This document shows positions 44,510 through 53,729 of a stretch of DNA of 64,000 bases, piece by piece. The notes beneath the pieces were generated by a model. It was not told the DNA's origin, searched no databases, and worked only from the letters and a program-made list of their open reading frames with translations. Made by a program: the position numbers and the translations under genes. The first letter of the stretch is position 1. Each line of letters opens with the position of its first letter. Source of the DNA: a bacterium (GTDB taxonomy: Bacteria; Pseudomonadota; Alphaproteobacteria; Rickettsiales; RI-342); NCBI GenBank assembly GCA_016124905.1, contig WGMV01000008.1, positions 110,521 to 174,520 on the forward strand. Direction: 5' to 3'.

Positions 44510-46593
44510 TGGCGGTACTGGCGTTCGAGCTTTTTTCCGAAGAGATACCGGCCCGCATGCAGCGCGCCGCGCGCCAGCAGCTTGAGGAAAAATGCGCCGC
44601 CATTCTGCAGAATCTCGGCGTGACACCCACCAGCCAGGAAAGCTTCGCCACCCCGCGCCGCCTTGGCATCATCGCACACGGCCTGCCCAAGGAACTGCCC
44701 GCGCGTGAAGAAGAAAAACGCGGCCCGCGCTACGGCGCGCCCGATGCCGCCATCGAAGGATTCTGCCGCGGCCTGGGCCTCACCAAAAAAGATTTGGAAG
44801 TGCGCGAAGTCGGCAAGGACAGTTTCTATTTCGCCGTGGTGCGTCATGCCGCCGAGCCGCTCTCCGCCAAACTGGCCGAGCCGCTCTCCCAGCTGGTTGC
44901 CGGTTTCAACTGGCCCAAAACCATGCGCTGGGGCAAAGCAGACAACAACATGGGCTGGGTGCGCCCGCTTCGCTCCATCCTCTGCCTGGTGGACGACGTG
45001 GTGGTGCCCGTAAAATACGGCAGCCTCACCGCAGGCCGCTCCACCCTTGGCCACCGCTTCATGAGCGAGCGCCAGGCCATCCTGACGCATGCGCGTGATT
45101 ACCCTGAAACCCTCCACCGCGCCCACGTGGTGGAGGATGTCGATTCCCGCGCCAATCAGATTTTGCATGATGCCCAGGCACTTGCCCGCAAACATGGCGG
45201 CGAGCTGATCGAGGATAAAGGCCTGCTGGAGGAAGTCTCCGGCCTGGTGGAATGGCCCGTGGTGCTGGCCGGCAAAATGGACGAGCGCTTCCTCGCCGTG
45301 CCGGAGGAGGTGCTGATGACCTCCATGAAGAGCCATCAGAAATATTTTTCCGTACGCGGCAAAAATGGCAAACTTGCACCCGTCTTCATCACGGTGGCTA
45401 ACATCGCCGCCAAGGATGGCGGAAAATCCATCACCGCGGGCAACGAGCGCGTCCTCCGCGCCCGTCTGGCGGATGCCGAATTCTTCTGGCAGCAGGACCG
45501 CAAAAAACCGCTCCAGGCCTATAACGAAAAGCTCGAAACCGTCACCTTCCACGCCAAGCTCGGCACCATTGCCCAAAAGATCGAGCGCATCACCGCACTC
45601 ACCACCGTGATTGCCGAATGGGTCAATGCCTCGGTGGCCGATGCCGCCCGCGCCGCCGAACTCTGCAAGGCGGACCTTGCCACCGGCATGGTCGGCGAAT
45701 TCCCCGAGCTGCAAGGCATCATGGGCGGCTATTACGCCCGCGAATCCGGCGAATCCCCTGCCGTCGCCGAAGCCATCCGCGACCATTACGCCCCCCAGGG
45801 CCCGAATGACCGCTGCCCCTCCGCGCCTGCATCTGTGGCGCTTGCCCTTGCGGATAAAACCGACACCCTGGTCGGCATGTTTGCCGCCGGTGAAGCGCCG
45901 ACCGGCTCGCGCGATCCCTTCGCGCTCCGCCGTGCCGCCCTCGGCATCCTGCGCCTCATCCTTTCCAACAACCTTCGCCTGCCGCTGAAGGAACTGCTGG
46001 AAAAAGCCATCATCGGCTTTCCTCCGGCGCTGCTTAAATCCTCCGGCAAAAGCAAGGATGTGCTCCGCGATGAACTGATGGGCTTTTTCGCCGACCGCCT
46101 GAAAGTGATGATGAAGGACGAAGGCTACCGCCACGACATCATCAGCGCTGTCTTTGACGAAGGGCAGGATGACGACATGACGCGCCTCGTCGCCCGTGCC
46201 AAGGCGCTGCGCTATTTCCTGGAAGCGCCGGACGGCGAGCGCCTCATCGCCGCCTACCGCCGCGCCGCCAACATCGTCAAAACCGAATCCGCCAAAGACG
46301 GCGCCAATTACAACGCGAAAATTGATGCCGCCCTGCTTAAACAGAAGGACGAACAGGCGCTGCACGCCGCGCTGAAAAAGGTGGAGGAAGCCATCATCCC
46401 CATGCTGCATAAGGAACGCTTCGGCGATGCCATGGGCCAGATGCTGCTGCTGAAAACCCCGCTCGATGATTTCTTCACCCATGTGATGGTGAATGTGCCG
46501 GAGGAGAACCTCCGCCGCAACCGCCTGCGCCTGCTGGCGGCCATCACCCGGGTGATCGGTATTTTCGCGAATTTCGACAAGTTGGAAGGATAA
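44509..46593 (+). CDS. glyS: glycine-tRNA ligase beta subunit
   Basis: 694 aa. N-terminal LLFELFSEEIP-type start (AFELFSEEIPARMQ) and a C-terminal anticodon-binding region. It is the partner of glyQ. Confidence 0.95.
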   Translation: MAVLAFELFSEEIPARMQRAARQQLEEKCAAILQNLGVTPTSQESFATPRRLGIIAHGLPKELPAREEEKRGPRYGAPDAAIEGFCRGLGLTKKDLEVREVGKDSFYFAVVRHAAEPLSAKLAEPLSQLVAGFNWPKTMRWGKADNNMGWVRPLRSILCLVDDVVVPVKYGSLTAGRSTLGHRFMSERQAILTHARDYPETLHRAHVVEDVDSRANQILHDAQALARKHGGELIEDKGLLEEVSGLVEWPVVLAGKMDERFLAVPEEVLMTSMKSHQKYFSVRGKNGKLAPVFITVANIAAKDGGKSITAGNERVLRARLADAEFFWQQDRKKPLQAYNEKLETVTFHAKLGTIAQKIERITALTTVIAEWVNASVADAARAAELCKADLATGMVGEFPELQGIMGGYYARESGESPAVAEAIRDHYAPQGPNDRCPSAPASVALALADKTDTLVGMFAAGEAPTGSRDPFALRRAALGILRLILSNNLRLPLKELLEKAIIGFPPALLKSSGKSKDVLRDELMGFFADRLKVMMKDEGYRHDIISAVFDEGQDDDMTRLVARAKALRYFLEAPDGERLIAAYRRAANIVKTESAKDGANYNAKIDAALLKQKDEQALHAALKKVEEAIIPMLHKERFGDAMGQMLLLKTPLDDFFTHVMVNVPEENLRRNRLRLLAAITRVIGIFANFDKLEG

Positions 46594-46597
46594 GGTC

Positions 46598-49300
46598 ATG
46601 ACGACCCAGCTCGTGTATAATTTTGGCGATGGCGCGGCCGACGGTAGCGCCTCAATGAAAGAGACGCTTGGTGGCAAAGGCGCCAACCTTGCCGAAATGT
46701 GCCATTTGGGCCTGCCGGTTCCCCCGGGCTTCACCATCGGCACCCATGTTTGCGCGCTCTTCTACGAAAACAGCCAGGAAATGCCGAAACAGCTGATCCC
46801 CGATGTGGAAAAGGCGCTGAAGAAAATCGAATCCAAGGTCGGCATGAAATTCGGCGACCGTGAAAACCCGCTGCTCGTTTCCGTGCGCTCCGGCGCGCGC
46901 GCTTCCATGCCCGGCATGATGGACACGGTGCTCAACCTCGGCCTCAACGACCACACGGTGGAAGGCCTCGCCCGCCGCAGCGGCAACCCGCGATTCGCCT
47001 ATGATTCCTACCGCCGCTTCATCACCATGTATTCCAACGTGGTGCTGAACCTTGATCATCATGATTTCGAAGCCATGATCGAGGACAAAAAACTCGACAA
47101 AGGCGTCCATCTCGATACCGACCTCGATGCCTCCGACTGGCACGAGCTGACGATTTCCTTCAAGCAGCATGTGGAAGCCGCGCTCGGCAAACCTTTCCCG
47201 CAGGATGTGCATGAGCAGCTCTGGGGCGCCATCGGCGCCGTATTCAAATCCTGGATGAACGCCCGCGCCATCACCTACCGCAAGCTGCACAACATCCCGC
47301 AAAGCTGGGGCACGGCCGTCAACGTGCAGGCCATGGTCTTCGGCAACATGGGCGACGACTGCGCCACCGGCGTCTGCTTCACCCGCAACCCTTCCACCGG
47401 CTCAAAAGAATTCTACGGCGAATATTTGGTGAATGCGCAAGGCGAGGATGTCGTCGCCGGCATCCGCACCCCGCAGCCCATCACCATCGCCGGCAAGGCA
47501 GAAGGCGGCGATTTGCCCTCGATGGAAGAAGTCATGCCCGATGTGTTCAAGCAGCTGGTGGCCATCTACCAGAAGCTCGAAAGCCACTACAAGGACATGC
47601 AGGACATTGAGTTCACCGTGCAGAACAGCAAACTCTGGATGCTCCAGACGCGTAGCGGCAAACGCACGGCCAAGGCGGCGTTGAAAATCGCCGTCGACAT
47701 GCAGAGCGAAGGCGTCATCAGCAAGGAGGACGCCATCCTCCGTGTCGACCCCGCCAGCCTCGATCAATTGCTCCACCCGACGCTGGACCCCAAAGCCAAA
47801 AAGCAGGTGCTCGCACGCGGCTTGCCTGCCAGCCCGGGTGCCGCCACCGGCAAAATCGTTTTCTCCGCCGACGAAGCCGAAAACCTCGCCCATAAAGGCG
47901 AAAAAGTGCTGCTCGTGCGTGTCGAAACCAGCCCGGAAGATATTCACGGCATGCATGTCTCCCAGGGCATCCTCACCTCCCGCGGGGGCATGACCTCGCA
48001 CGCCGCCGTGGTTGCGCGCGGCATGGGCAAGCCCTGCGTCTCCGGCGCGGGCGAAGTGCAGATCGATTACAAGAACCGCCAGCTGAAAGCCGGTGGTCAG
48101 GTAATCAAGGAAGGCGAGATCATCACCATCAACGGCTCCACCGGCGAGGTGATAAACGGCGCCATTCCCATGGTGCAGCCTGAACTCTCCGGCGATTTCG
48201 CTACCCTTATGGGCTGGGCGGATGCCGTGCGCACCATGAAGGTGCGCACCAACGCCGAAACCCCGCTGGATGCCAAAACCGCGCGCGATTTTGGCGCCGA
48301 AGGCATCGGCCTCTGCCGTACCGAGCACATGTTCTTCGATGCCGAGCGCATCCCCGCCATGCGCGAGATGATTCTCTCCACCGACGAGAAAGGCCGCCGC
48401 GCCGCGCTCGCCAAACTCCTGCCCATGCAACGCCAGGATTTCGCCTCGCTCTTCTCCATCATGCAGGGCCTGCCGGTCACCATTCGTTTGCTCGATCCGC
48501 CGCTGCACGAGTTCCTGCCGCACACGGAGGCCGAGATGAAACAGGTTGCCGACACCTCCGGCCTCACCGTGGATGCCATCCGCGCCCGTGCGGCCGCGCT
48601 GCACGAATCCAACCCCATGCTCGGCCACCGTGGCTGCCGTTTGGGCATCACCTATCCCGAAATCTACGAGATGCAGGCCGAAGCCATTTTCGAAGCCGCG
48701 CTCGATGAAGCCAAAACTTCCGGCGAAACCGTCATCCCCGAGATCATGATCCCGCTGGTGATGAACCCCAAGGAACTCTCCATGCTCAAAACCGCCATCG
48801 ATAAGGTGGCAGAGGCCGTCTTCGCCCGTCGCGGCGCCAAGGTGGAATACCAGGTCGGCACCATGATCGAGCTGCCCCGCGCGGCCCTCATGGCGGGCGA
48901 CATCGCCGAATCCGCCGAGTTCTTCAGCTTCGGCACCAACGATTTGACACAAACCACGCTGGGCATCTCGCGCGATGACGCCGCCAACTTCATCGAGCCC
49001 TACAAGGCTAAAGGCATCCTGGAAGCCGATCCCTTCGTCACCATCGACCAGCAAGGGGTAGGGGAACTGGTGAAAATCGCCGCCGAACGCGGCCGCGCCA
49101 CGCGCAAGGACATGAAACTCGGCATCTGTGGCGAACATGGCGGCGATCCCGCCTCTATCCATTTCTGCCAGAGTGTCGGCCTCAACTACGTTTCCTGCTC
49201 ACCCTTCCGCGTACCCATCGCGCGCTTGGCCGCTGCCCAGGCCGCCATCAAATCCGGCGTGGCGCAAAAAGCGAAATCCAAGGAACGCAAGGCCGCATAA
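46598..49300 (+). CDS. ppdK: pyruvate, phosphate dikinase
   Basis: 900 aa. Phospho-His domain GGMTSHAAVVARGMGKPCV and PEP/pyruvate domain CGEHGGDP. Confidence 0.97.
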   Translation: MTTQLVYNFGDGAADGSASMKETLGGKGANLAEMCHLGLPVPPGFTIGTHVCALFYENSQEMPKQLIPDVEKALKKIESKVGMKFGDRENPLLVSVRSGARASMPGMMDTVLNLGLNDHTVEGLARRSGNPRFAYDSYRRFITMYSNVVLNLDHHDFEAMIEDKKLDKGVHLDTDLDASDWHELTISFKQHVEAALGKPFPQDVHEQLWGAIGAVFKSWMNARAITYRKLHNIPQSWGTAVNVQAMVFGNMGDDCATGVCFTRNPSTGSKEFYGEYLVNAQGEDVVAGIRTPQPITIAGKAEGGDLPSMEEVMPDVFKQLVAIYQKLESHYKDMQDIEFTVQNSKLWMLQTRSGKRTAKAALKIAVDMQSEGVISKEDAILRVDPASLDQLLHPTLDPKAKKQVLARGLPASPGAATGKIVFSADEAENLAHKGEKVLLVRVETSPEDIHGMHVSQGILTSRGGMTSHAAVVARGMGKPCVSGAGEVQIDYKNRQLKAGGQVIKEGEIITINGSTGEVINGAIPMVQPELSGDFATLMGWADAVRTMKVRTNAETPLDAKTARDFGAEGIGLCRTEHMFFDAERIPAMREMILSTDEKGRRAALAKLLPMQRQDFASLFSIMQGLPVTIRLLDPPLHEFLPHTEAEMKQVADTSGLTVDAIRARAAALHESNPMLGHRGCRLGITYPEIYEMQAEAIFEAALDEAKTSGETVIPEIMIPLVMNPKELSMLKTAIDKVAEAVFARRGAKVEYQVGTMIELPRAALMAGDIAESAEFFSFGTNDLTQTTLGISRDDAANFIEPYKAKGILEADPFVTIDQQGVGELVKIAAERGRATRKDMKLGICGEHGGDPASIHFCQSVGLNYVSCSPFRVPIARLAAAQAAIKSGVAQKAKSKERKAA

Positions 49301-49304
49301 TTAA

Positions 49305-49345
49305 AGAGAGCCGCAACGAGGCGGCTCTCTTCTTTTCCCTGTTTT
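49305..49345. terminator. terminator between ppdK and the convergent paralogue A
   Basis: Stem AGAGAGCCGC / GCGGCTCTCT with loop AACGAG, followed by a T-rich stretch TCTTTTCCCTGTTTT. Confidence 0.75.
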
Positions 49346-49358
49346 ATACGTCTGGCCT

Positions 49359-50123
49359 TCAATGTTTGGCTACAATTGGCGTATCCTGCTCCGCTCCATT
49401 ATAAGAAACGGACTGAACCTGCCCTCCATCCAGCGGCGTGACCGCATCGCCCTCATAGGTCATGCTGGCAAAGCTGCTGTTATAAACCACCGCCACGGGA
49501 TCCGTCGTATCCATCACCACGCTGCTCGCATCCGGAGGAAATGCCGACACATAGGCATCGGGCGCATAAAGCAGCTGGTGGTCGCGCGGTTGTATGGTCA
49601 CGCCATTGATACGTCCGCCCTTATCCAGGATACTGTTATACATGGTGGCAAAACTGACGATATCATCGGGGTATAAACCGAAGCAGCCATTGGTGCCGTT
49701 CCAGTCTTCATCGGGGTGGATGCCGATGGCGGACCCGCTGCTGTGCCCTACGTAATCGGTGCCGGGCTCGGCCAGTCCCCAGCCGTCGGGTGCGTCTTTG
49801 TCCGTGTAGGTTCCCAGATAAAACCCCACGCTGTTACCGGCATCATCATGGCCATTGAAGCCGTAGGGCTTCGGGCTCAGGTCGATATGCTGCCCCGGAT
49901 GGATGAACGGATAGAACGCATTGGCGTTGGACGGGTCGCCATCCAGGTCTCCGCGCAGGCCGGGGGAGGGGTAATACACTCCCTGTCCGGAAACCTTGCC
50001 GTTCCATTGCCCCATCACATAACCGGCCGGGTCGGTTAAGGTCACGATAATAGGGGCGGGAACCGTGCTGCCATCCCAGCTGGGTGCTAACTGAACATTC
50101 AATTGATAAAGATTGTCGGGCAT
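49359..50123 (-). CDS. orphan paralogue A (254 aa) with an HPD...GTNGC motif
   Basis: GGAAGG SD, 19 nt after the upstream paralogue. The stretch SAIGIHPDEDWNGTNGCFGL resembles a His...Gly-Cys site of L,D-transpeptidase-fold enzymes. No signal peptide. Confidence 0.75.
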   Translation of the reverse strand: MPDNLYQLNVQLAPSWDGSTVPAPIIVTLTDPAGYVMGQWNGKVSGQGVYYPSPGLRGDLDGDPSNANAFYPFIHPGQHIDLSPKPYGFNGHDDAGNSVGFYLGTYTDKDAPDGWGLAEPGTDYVGHSSGSAIGIHPDEDWNGTNGCFGLYPDDIVSFATMYNSILDKGGRINGVTIQPRDHQLLYAPDAYVSAFPPDASSVVMDTTDPVAVVYNSSFASMTYEGDAVTPLDGGQVQSVSYNGAEQDTPIVAKH

Positions 50124-50142
50124 ACAAAACCTTCCGGTTTAA

Positions 50143-50889
50143 TCACTGATGAGAAACGGCGACCGTGCTGGTATTTTGTTGGCCGCTGCCATTAGCGCTC
50201 AGGCTTATCTGCGTGTAATCGCGCTCACCTTCGTAGGAGACATTCACGCCGCTGAAGGCGACCTCGGCCCCATCGGCGGGAGCATCGGGATTTACCACCA
50301 CCTGCGTCTCCATCGGAATGCCGACATACTGATCGAAACCGGCCTCATACACACCGCGCGGACGTTGCGCTGGCGGGATACTGTTCCACACATTCATGAA
50401 ATCCACGGAATAGAGATTGCCGGTGGCCGGGTTGATGGAATTGCTGATGCCCCAGCAGCCATACGTTCCGTCATTGATGCCCGTGCCGCCCACGCTCATG
50501 CCGTCCGGATGCATGGCAATGGCATCGCCGGTTGTGTCGCCTTCGCGCACACCCCAGTTTCCGGCGATGTAATTCGGCGTGTAGGTGCGCAGAACATAGC
50601 CAAGGTCGTTATCCGGGTCGTACTGCATGCCTTGAATGGCGCGCACCGGGCGAATGTCGGCTTCCGGGTTTTGGAATCTGAAAAAAGCATTGAACGGATC
50701 AGAACCATTCAGGTCGCTATTCAGGCCCGGCGTGGTGCCGCCAGGGTTGAACCCCGCATTCAAGCCTGGAAATTGGGCAACGATATAACCGTTGGGATCC
50801 ACCACATAAATATTGATTGGAGTCGGAGGCACTTCGCCATCCACAGGCGGCGTGGTGCGTTGAACGATAAGGCTGAATTCCCCTGTCAT
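50143..50889 (-). CDS. orphan paralogue B (248 aa) with an HPD...GTYGC motif
   Basis: AAAGG SD. DAIAMHPDGMSVGGTGINDGTYGCWGI. It aligns with paralogue A along its length (DPNGYIVAQ / DPAGYVMGQ, C-terminal VSYEG / MTYEG). Confidence 0.75.
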   Translation of the reverse strand: MTGEFSLIVQRTTPPVDGEVPPTPINIYVVDPNGYIVAQFPGLNAGFNPGGTTPGLNSDLNGSDPFNAFFRFQNPEADIRPVRAIQGMQYDPDNDLGYVLRTYTPNYIAGNWGVREGDTTGDAIAMHPDGMSVGGTGINDGTYGCWGISNSINPATGNLYSVDFMNVWNSIPPAQRPRGVYEAGFDQYVGIPMETQVVVNPDAPADGAEVAFSGVNVSYEGERDYTQISLSANGSGQQNTSTVAVSHQ

Positions 50890-51198
50890 ATGTGACCTTT
50901 TTATTACGTTTTTTCAACCGACGGTAACGTAGCTGTAATATCGGAAAAAATAAAGTAAATAATTTCGAAAGCGGAAGTGCCTATAAAACACAACAAAAAC
51001 AAAGAATTAAATCAATTGTTACGGCGGCTATGCAATTTAATTTTATTACTAATAGTTATGCAGCGTTTTTTGCATATCTGTACTGCGCTGCATGGCTTGT
51101 GGATAAAAAGCACTGTTGCTATGCGCAAACTGCATGACTGGAGCCATTCAAGGCGTCAATATTGAGGTAACCTGTGGTTGGTATGGCTGCGGGTGCGC
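50890..51198 (-). promoter_or_regulatory. ~300-bp AT-rich upstream region of the tandem paralogue operon
   Basis: A conspicuous drop in GC by eye. It contains several TGCA-containing half sites (for example TATGCA-N9-TGCATA at 51056-51076) and a loose match to the TTAGTTAA motif at 51036-51052 on the minus strand. Confidence 0.4.
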
Positions 51199-52197
51199 CT
51201 AGCTCAGTCGCACGTAAATAAGGCCTATCACGCCGCACATCAGCATGCTTGCCACGTAAATCACCCGCATGGCGCCGCGCAGATCGGCGTCAATCGGCTT
51301 GGCCGAGCCGGATCCCAGCCAGGGCAGTTCCAGCACCTGGTCGCCCATGCGGTGCTTGCCGCCAAGCTGCGTATGGGTAGCGCCCGCCATCACGGCCACC
51401 GGCCACCACCACCAGTCGCGGGTGAAATGTTCCGTCCAGGCCTGCATCGCCTTGCCGGGATGCGTGGCGGGTGTGAACAGGCTGGCCACCGCCAGCATCA
51501 GCGAGGCAATCGGCATCACGGGAATGCTGAGCGCGGTGAACATCGCCGTCACCGGCATGCCGAAGGCGCTGTAATGTGTATGATTATGTCCGATACGCAG
51601 CATCAGGAACGAGGCGACATAATAGAGTAAGGCACCCGGCATGCCCAGCAGCAGATACCAAAAGAGAATGCCCACCAGATTATCCGCAAATGCCTGCGAA
51701 AGCCGTTCCATGCATTGACGTATCACGCCATGCATGTCCAGGTGGCTGGTGTCGTAGGGCACCAGCTTTGCCAGCAGTTGTCGGCATTCATACAGCGACA
51801 TATCGTGGCTGTAGCTGGTCAGCCGCCATGAGGTGTCAAATGCGTTGCGCCAGGGGATGATGAGCCCGAGCACCGCGGCTTCCAGCAGCCAGCCATGTTC
51901 AAACCATGCATGAATGCCGCCCAGCCTCTGCCCAATCCAGAATGCGGCAAACAGCAGTGGCAGCGTCACCAGCGCGCCGCGAAACAGCCGGTCTCCGTCT
52001 TTCCTGCGGGAGCGGTTGAGCTTCTTTTCATAGGCCGTTACGAAATGGTGCATCCAATGCGCGGGCTTAATGGCGTCGCTCATGTTCTGGCGCTGTTTCA
52101 TGCCGAAAAAGATCATGTGGATAAGGTAGCCCGCCAGCGCAATCGCGCAGCGGCTGGTCATGACATCGGGCGGGGGAAGCAGATGAATCACGCTCAT
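51199..52197 (-). CDS. CobD/CbiB-family membrane protein
   Basis: A multi-TM protein whose pattern (HP-like stretch KPAHWMHHFVTAYEKKLN, FADNLVGILFWYLLLGMPGALLY) is compatible with the adenosylcobinamide-phosphate synthase family. No other cob genes are adjacent. Confidence 0.7.
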   Translation of the reverse strand: MSVIHLLPPPDVMTSRCAIALAGYLIHMIFFGMKQRQNMSDAIKPAHWMHHFVTAYEKKLNRSRRKDGDRLFRGALVTLPLLFAAFWIGQRLGGIHAWFEHGWLLEAAVLGLIIPWRNAFDTSWRLTSYSHDMSLYECRQLLAKLVPYDTSHLDMHGVIRQCMERLSQAFADNLVGILFWYLLLGMPGALLYYVASFLMLRIGHNHTHYSAFGMPVTAMFTALSIPVMPIASLMLAVASLFTPATHPGKAMQAWTEHFTRDWWWWPVAVMAGATHTQLGGKHRMGDQVLELPWLGSGSAKPIDADLRGAMRVIYVASMLMCGVIGLIYVRLS

Positions 52198-52210
52198 TCC
52201 CCTTCAGCCA

Positions 52211-53095
52211 CTATTGAGCGACCACGATTTCCACGCGCCGGTTGCGTGCTTCCTTTTTGCCATCCGCAGTTTGAACGATGGGGGATTTCTCGCCGAACGG
52301 GAAGGTCGAGATATTCTTCTCTTTCAAGCCCATTTTCACCAGCAGCTTCTTTACCGTTTCCACGCGCTTTTTCGAAAGCTCGAGGTTGTAGCTTTCGCTG
52401 CCCGCGCGGTCTGTATATCCCGAAAGGATCAGGTCGTAATTCTCACCGCTTTTCTTCAGGTCTTCGGCTACTTTCGTCAGCACGATCTTGCCCTGGTCGG
52501 TCAGCGATGACTTGTCGAAGTCGAAAAACACCATGTAGGAATTGGTCATGAAGCTGGGCTCTGGCACTTCGGTCATCACCGTGCTTTCCTGATTGACGGT
52601 GATCTCTTTCGGCTTGTTCAGCTCCGCCATTGACTGAGTATAGAGCTCTTTACACTTGTGAATATCTTCAGCCTGCCAGCCTTCTTCCGCCTGCTCCACC
52701 CAGCAGTCATAACCAAACAGCGCGCCGGCGGCGACGGTCGGCTTCTCGGCCGAAGCGCCCGCCACCATCTTCTGCATCAGCGCCTCGCGCGCGGTTTTCA
52801 GTTCGTCCAGCTCAGGGCCGTGAATGTTCCATTTGGCAGGATCTTCCGGTTCCACCGGGTTGCCGTAAACAACCTTTAAACCCTTCTGCGCGAAATACTG
52901 GGAATCAATCCAGTCATACTGGTCTGCCTCGCTTTCGGAAAAGCGCAGATAATAGCTGGCCAGCGCATTGGCGAATGCATCCTGAGGCAGTTCCGCGCGC
53001 TTGAGCGCCTTCAGGTCCCAGTCCGTGCAGCCGGTGGTCAACAACAGGCTGCAGCCCATGGCGGTGTAGGTGATGATCCGTCCCAGACGTGGCAT
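52211..53095 (-). CDS. OmpA-family lipoprotein
   Basis: Lipobox LLLTTGC. C-terminal OmpA-like domain LSGYTDRAGSESYNLELSKKRVETV...RNRRVEIVV. Confidence 0.88.
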   Translation of the reverse strand: MPRLGRIITYTAMGCSLLLTTGCTDWDLKALKRAELPQDAFANALASYYLRFSESEADQYDWIDSQYFAQKGLKVVYGNPVEPEDPAKWNIHGPELDELKTAREALMQKMVAGASAEKPTVAAGALFGYDCWVEQAEEGWQAEDIHKCKELYTQSMAELNKPKEITVNQESTVMTEVPEPSFMTNSYMVFFDFDKSSLTDQGKIVLTKVAEDLKKSGENYDLILSGYTDRAGSESYNLELSKKRVETVKKLLVKMGLKEKNISTFPFGEKSPIVQTADGKKEARNRRVEIVVAQ

Positions 53096-53103
53096 AATGC
53101 GGC

Positions 53104-53604
53104 TTACTCCTTATCGGGGGCGGCCTTGGCGATGCCAAGGGCCTGTTCAAGTTCGTTCAGGGTATAGAAAAACTCATCCTTGCAGGCGGAGCTCTCATCC
53201 GTTTTCTTTTCGCTATGCTCTTTCAGCCAGCAATCGAACAATAGCTGCGCGCGCGCAGTTTTGGGTCCAAGCTTGTCATCTTTGGCATTTTTGCGCTCTA
53301 AAATGGCCAGCAGCCGTGCACGCGCGGTGTCAAACGCGTCCTTGCTTTCATCGTCGATCTTCCAGTCATCGGGCGTTTCAGGCATCACGGTTTCGCCGCT
53401 GCGGGCGCGCTCACTTTTGCTGGCGAATTTTTTGGCGGAGTCCCAGTCATATTGCTCCGCCTCGGATTTGGAATATTCGGCATATTCATTAGCCAGCACC
53501 TGGCTCCAGCCTTGTTTGGTATAAGGGTCGTCAACGGGCGGCGGTGTGTAGCTCGCGCATGCGGCTAACCCGATCAATAACAATAGCGACGCGATCAATT
53601 TCAT
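53104..53604 (-). CDS. lipoprotein paralogous to the N-terminal domain of the adjacent OmpA-family protein
   Basis: Lipobox LIGLAAC. SKSEAEQYDWDSAKKFA / SESEADQYDWIDSQYFA and LLFDCWLKE / LFGYDCWVEQ align with 52211-53095. Confidence 0.75.
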   Translation of the reverse strand: MKLIASLLLLIGLAACASYTPPPVDDPYTKQGWSQVLANEYAEYSKSEAEQYDWDSAKKFASKSERARSGETVMPETPDDWKIDDESKDAFDTARARLLAILERKNAKDDKLGPKTARAQLLFDCWLKEHSEKKTDESSACKDEFFYTLNELEQALGIAKAAPDKE

Positions 53605-53729
53605 ATATCTGGCTACACCACCCCGTGCAACCTACCATCTATCGTGGTAAAGCAACCGAAAGTCAATGGATTCTGTGATTGTTCCGCTAGCCGAAGCGCA
53701 CGCGAAATCGCGCCATCATAAGCGGCTGG

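Noticed and set aside
44398-46743. 781-aa ORF on the minus strand
   Set aside because: It lies entirely antisense to panD/glyS, which carry unmistakable motifs. Its product is Gly/Ala/Arg/His-rich with no motifs, which is the classic shadow ORF of GC-rich DNA.
47402-49162. 586-aa ORF on the minus strand
   Set aside because: Antisense to ppdK (pyruvate phosphate dikinase, motifs verified). Its composition is typical of a shadow ORF.
52211-53095. OmpA-like gene next to motA as a mis-annotated motB
   Set aside because: It has a lipoprotein signal (LLLTTGC) rather than the single N-terminal TM helix with the conserved Asp of MotB. A second lipoprotein gene also separates it from motA. I kept it only as a question in the findings.
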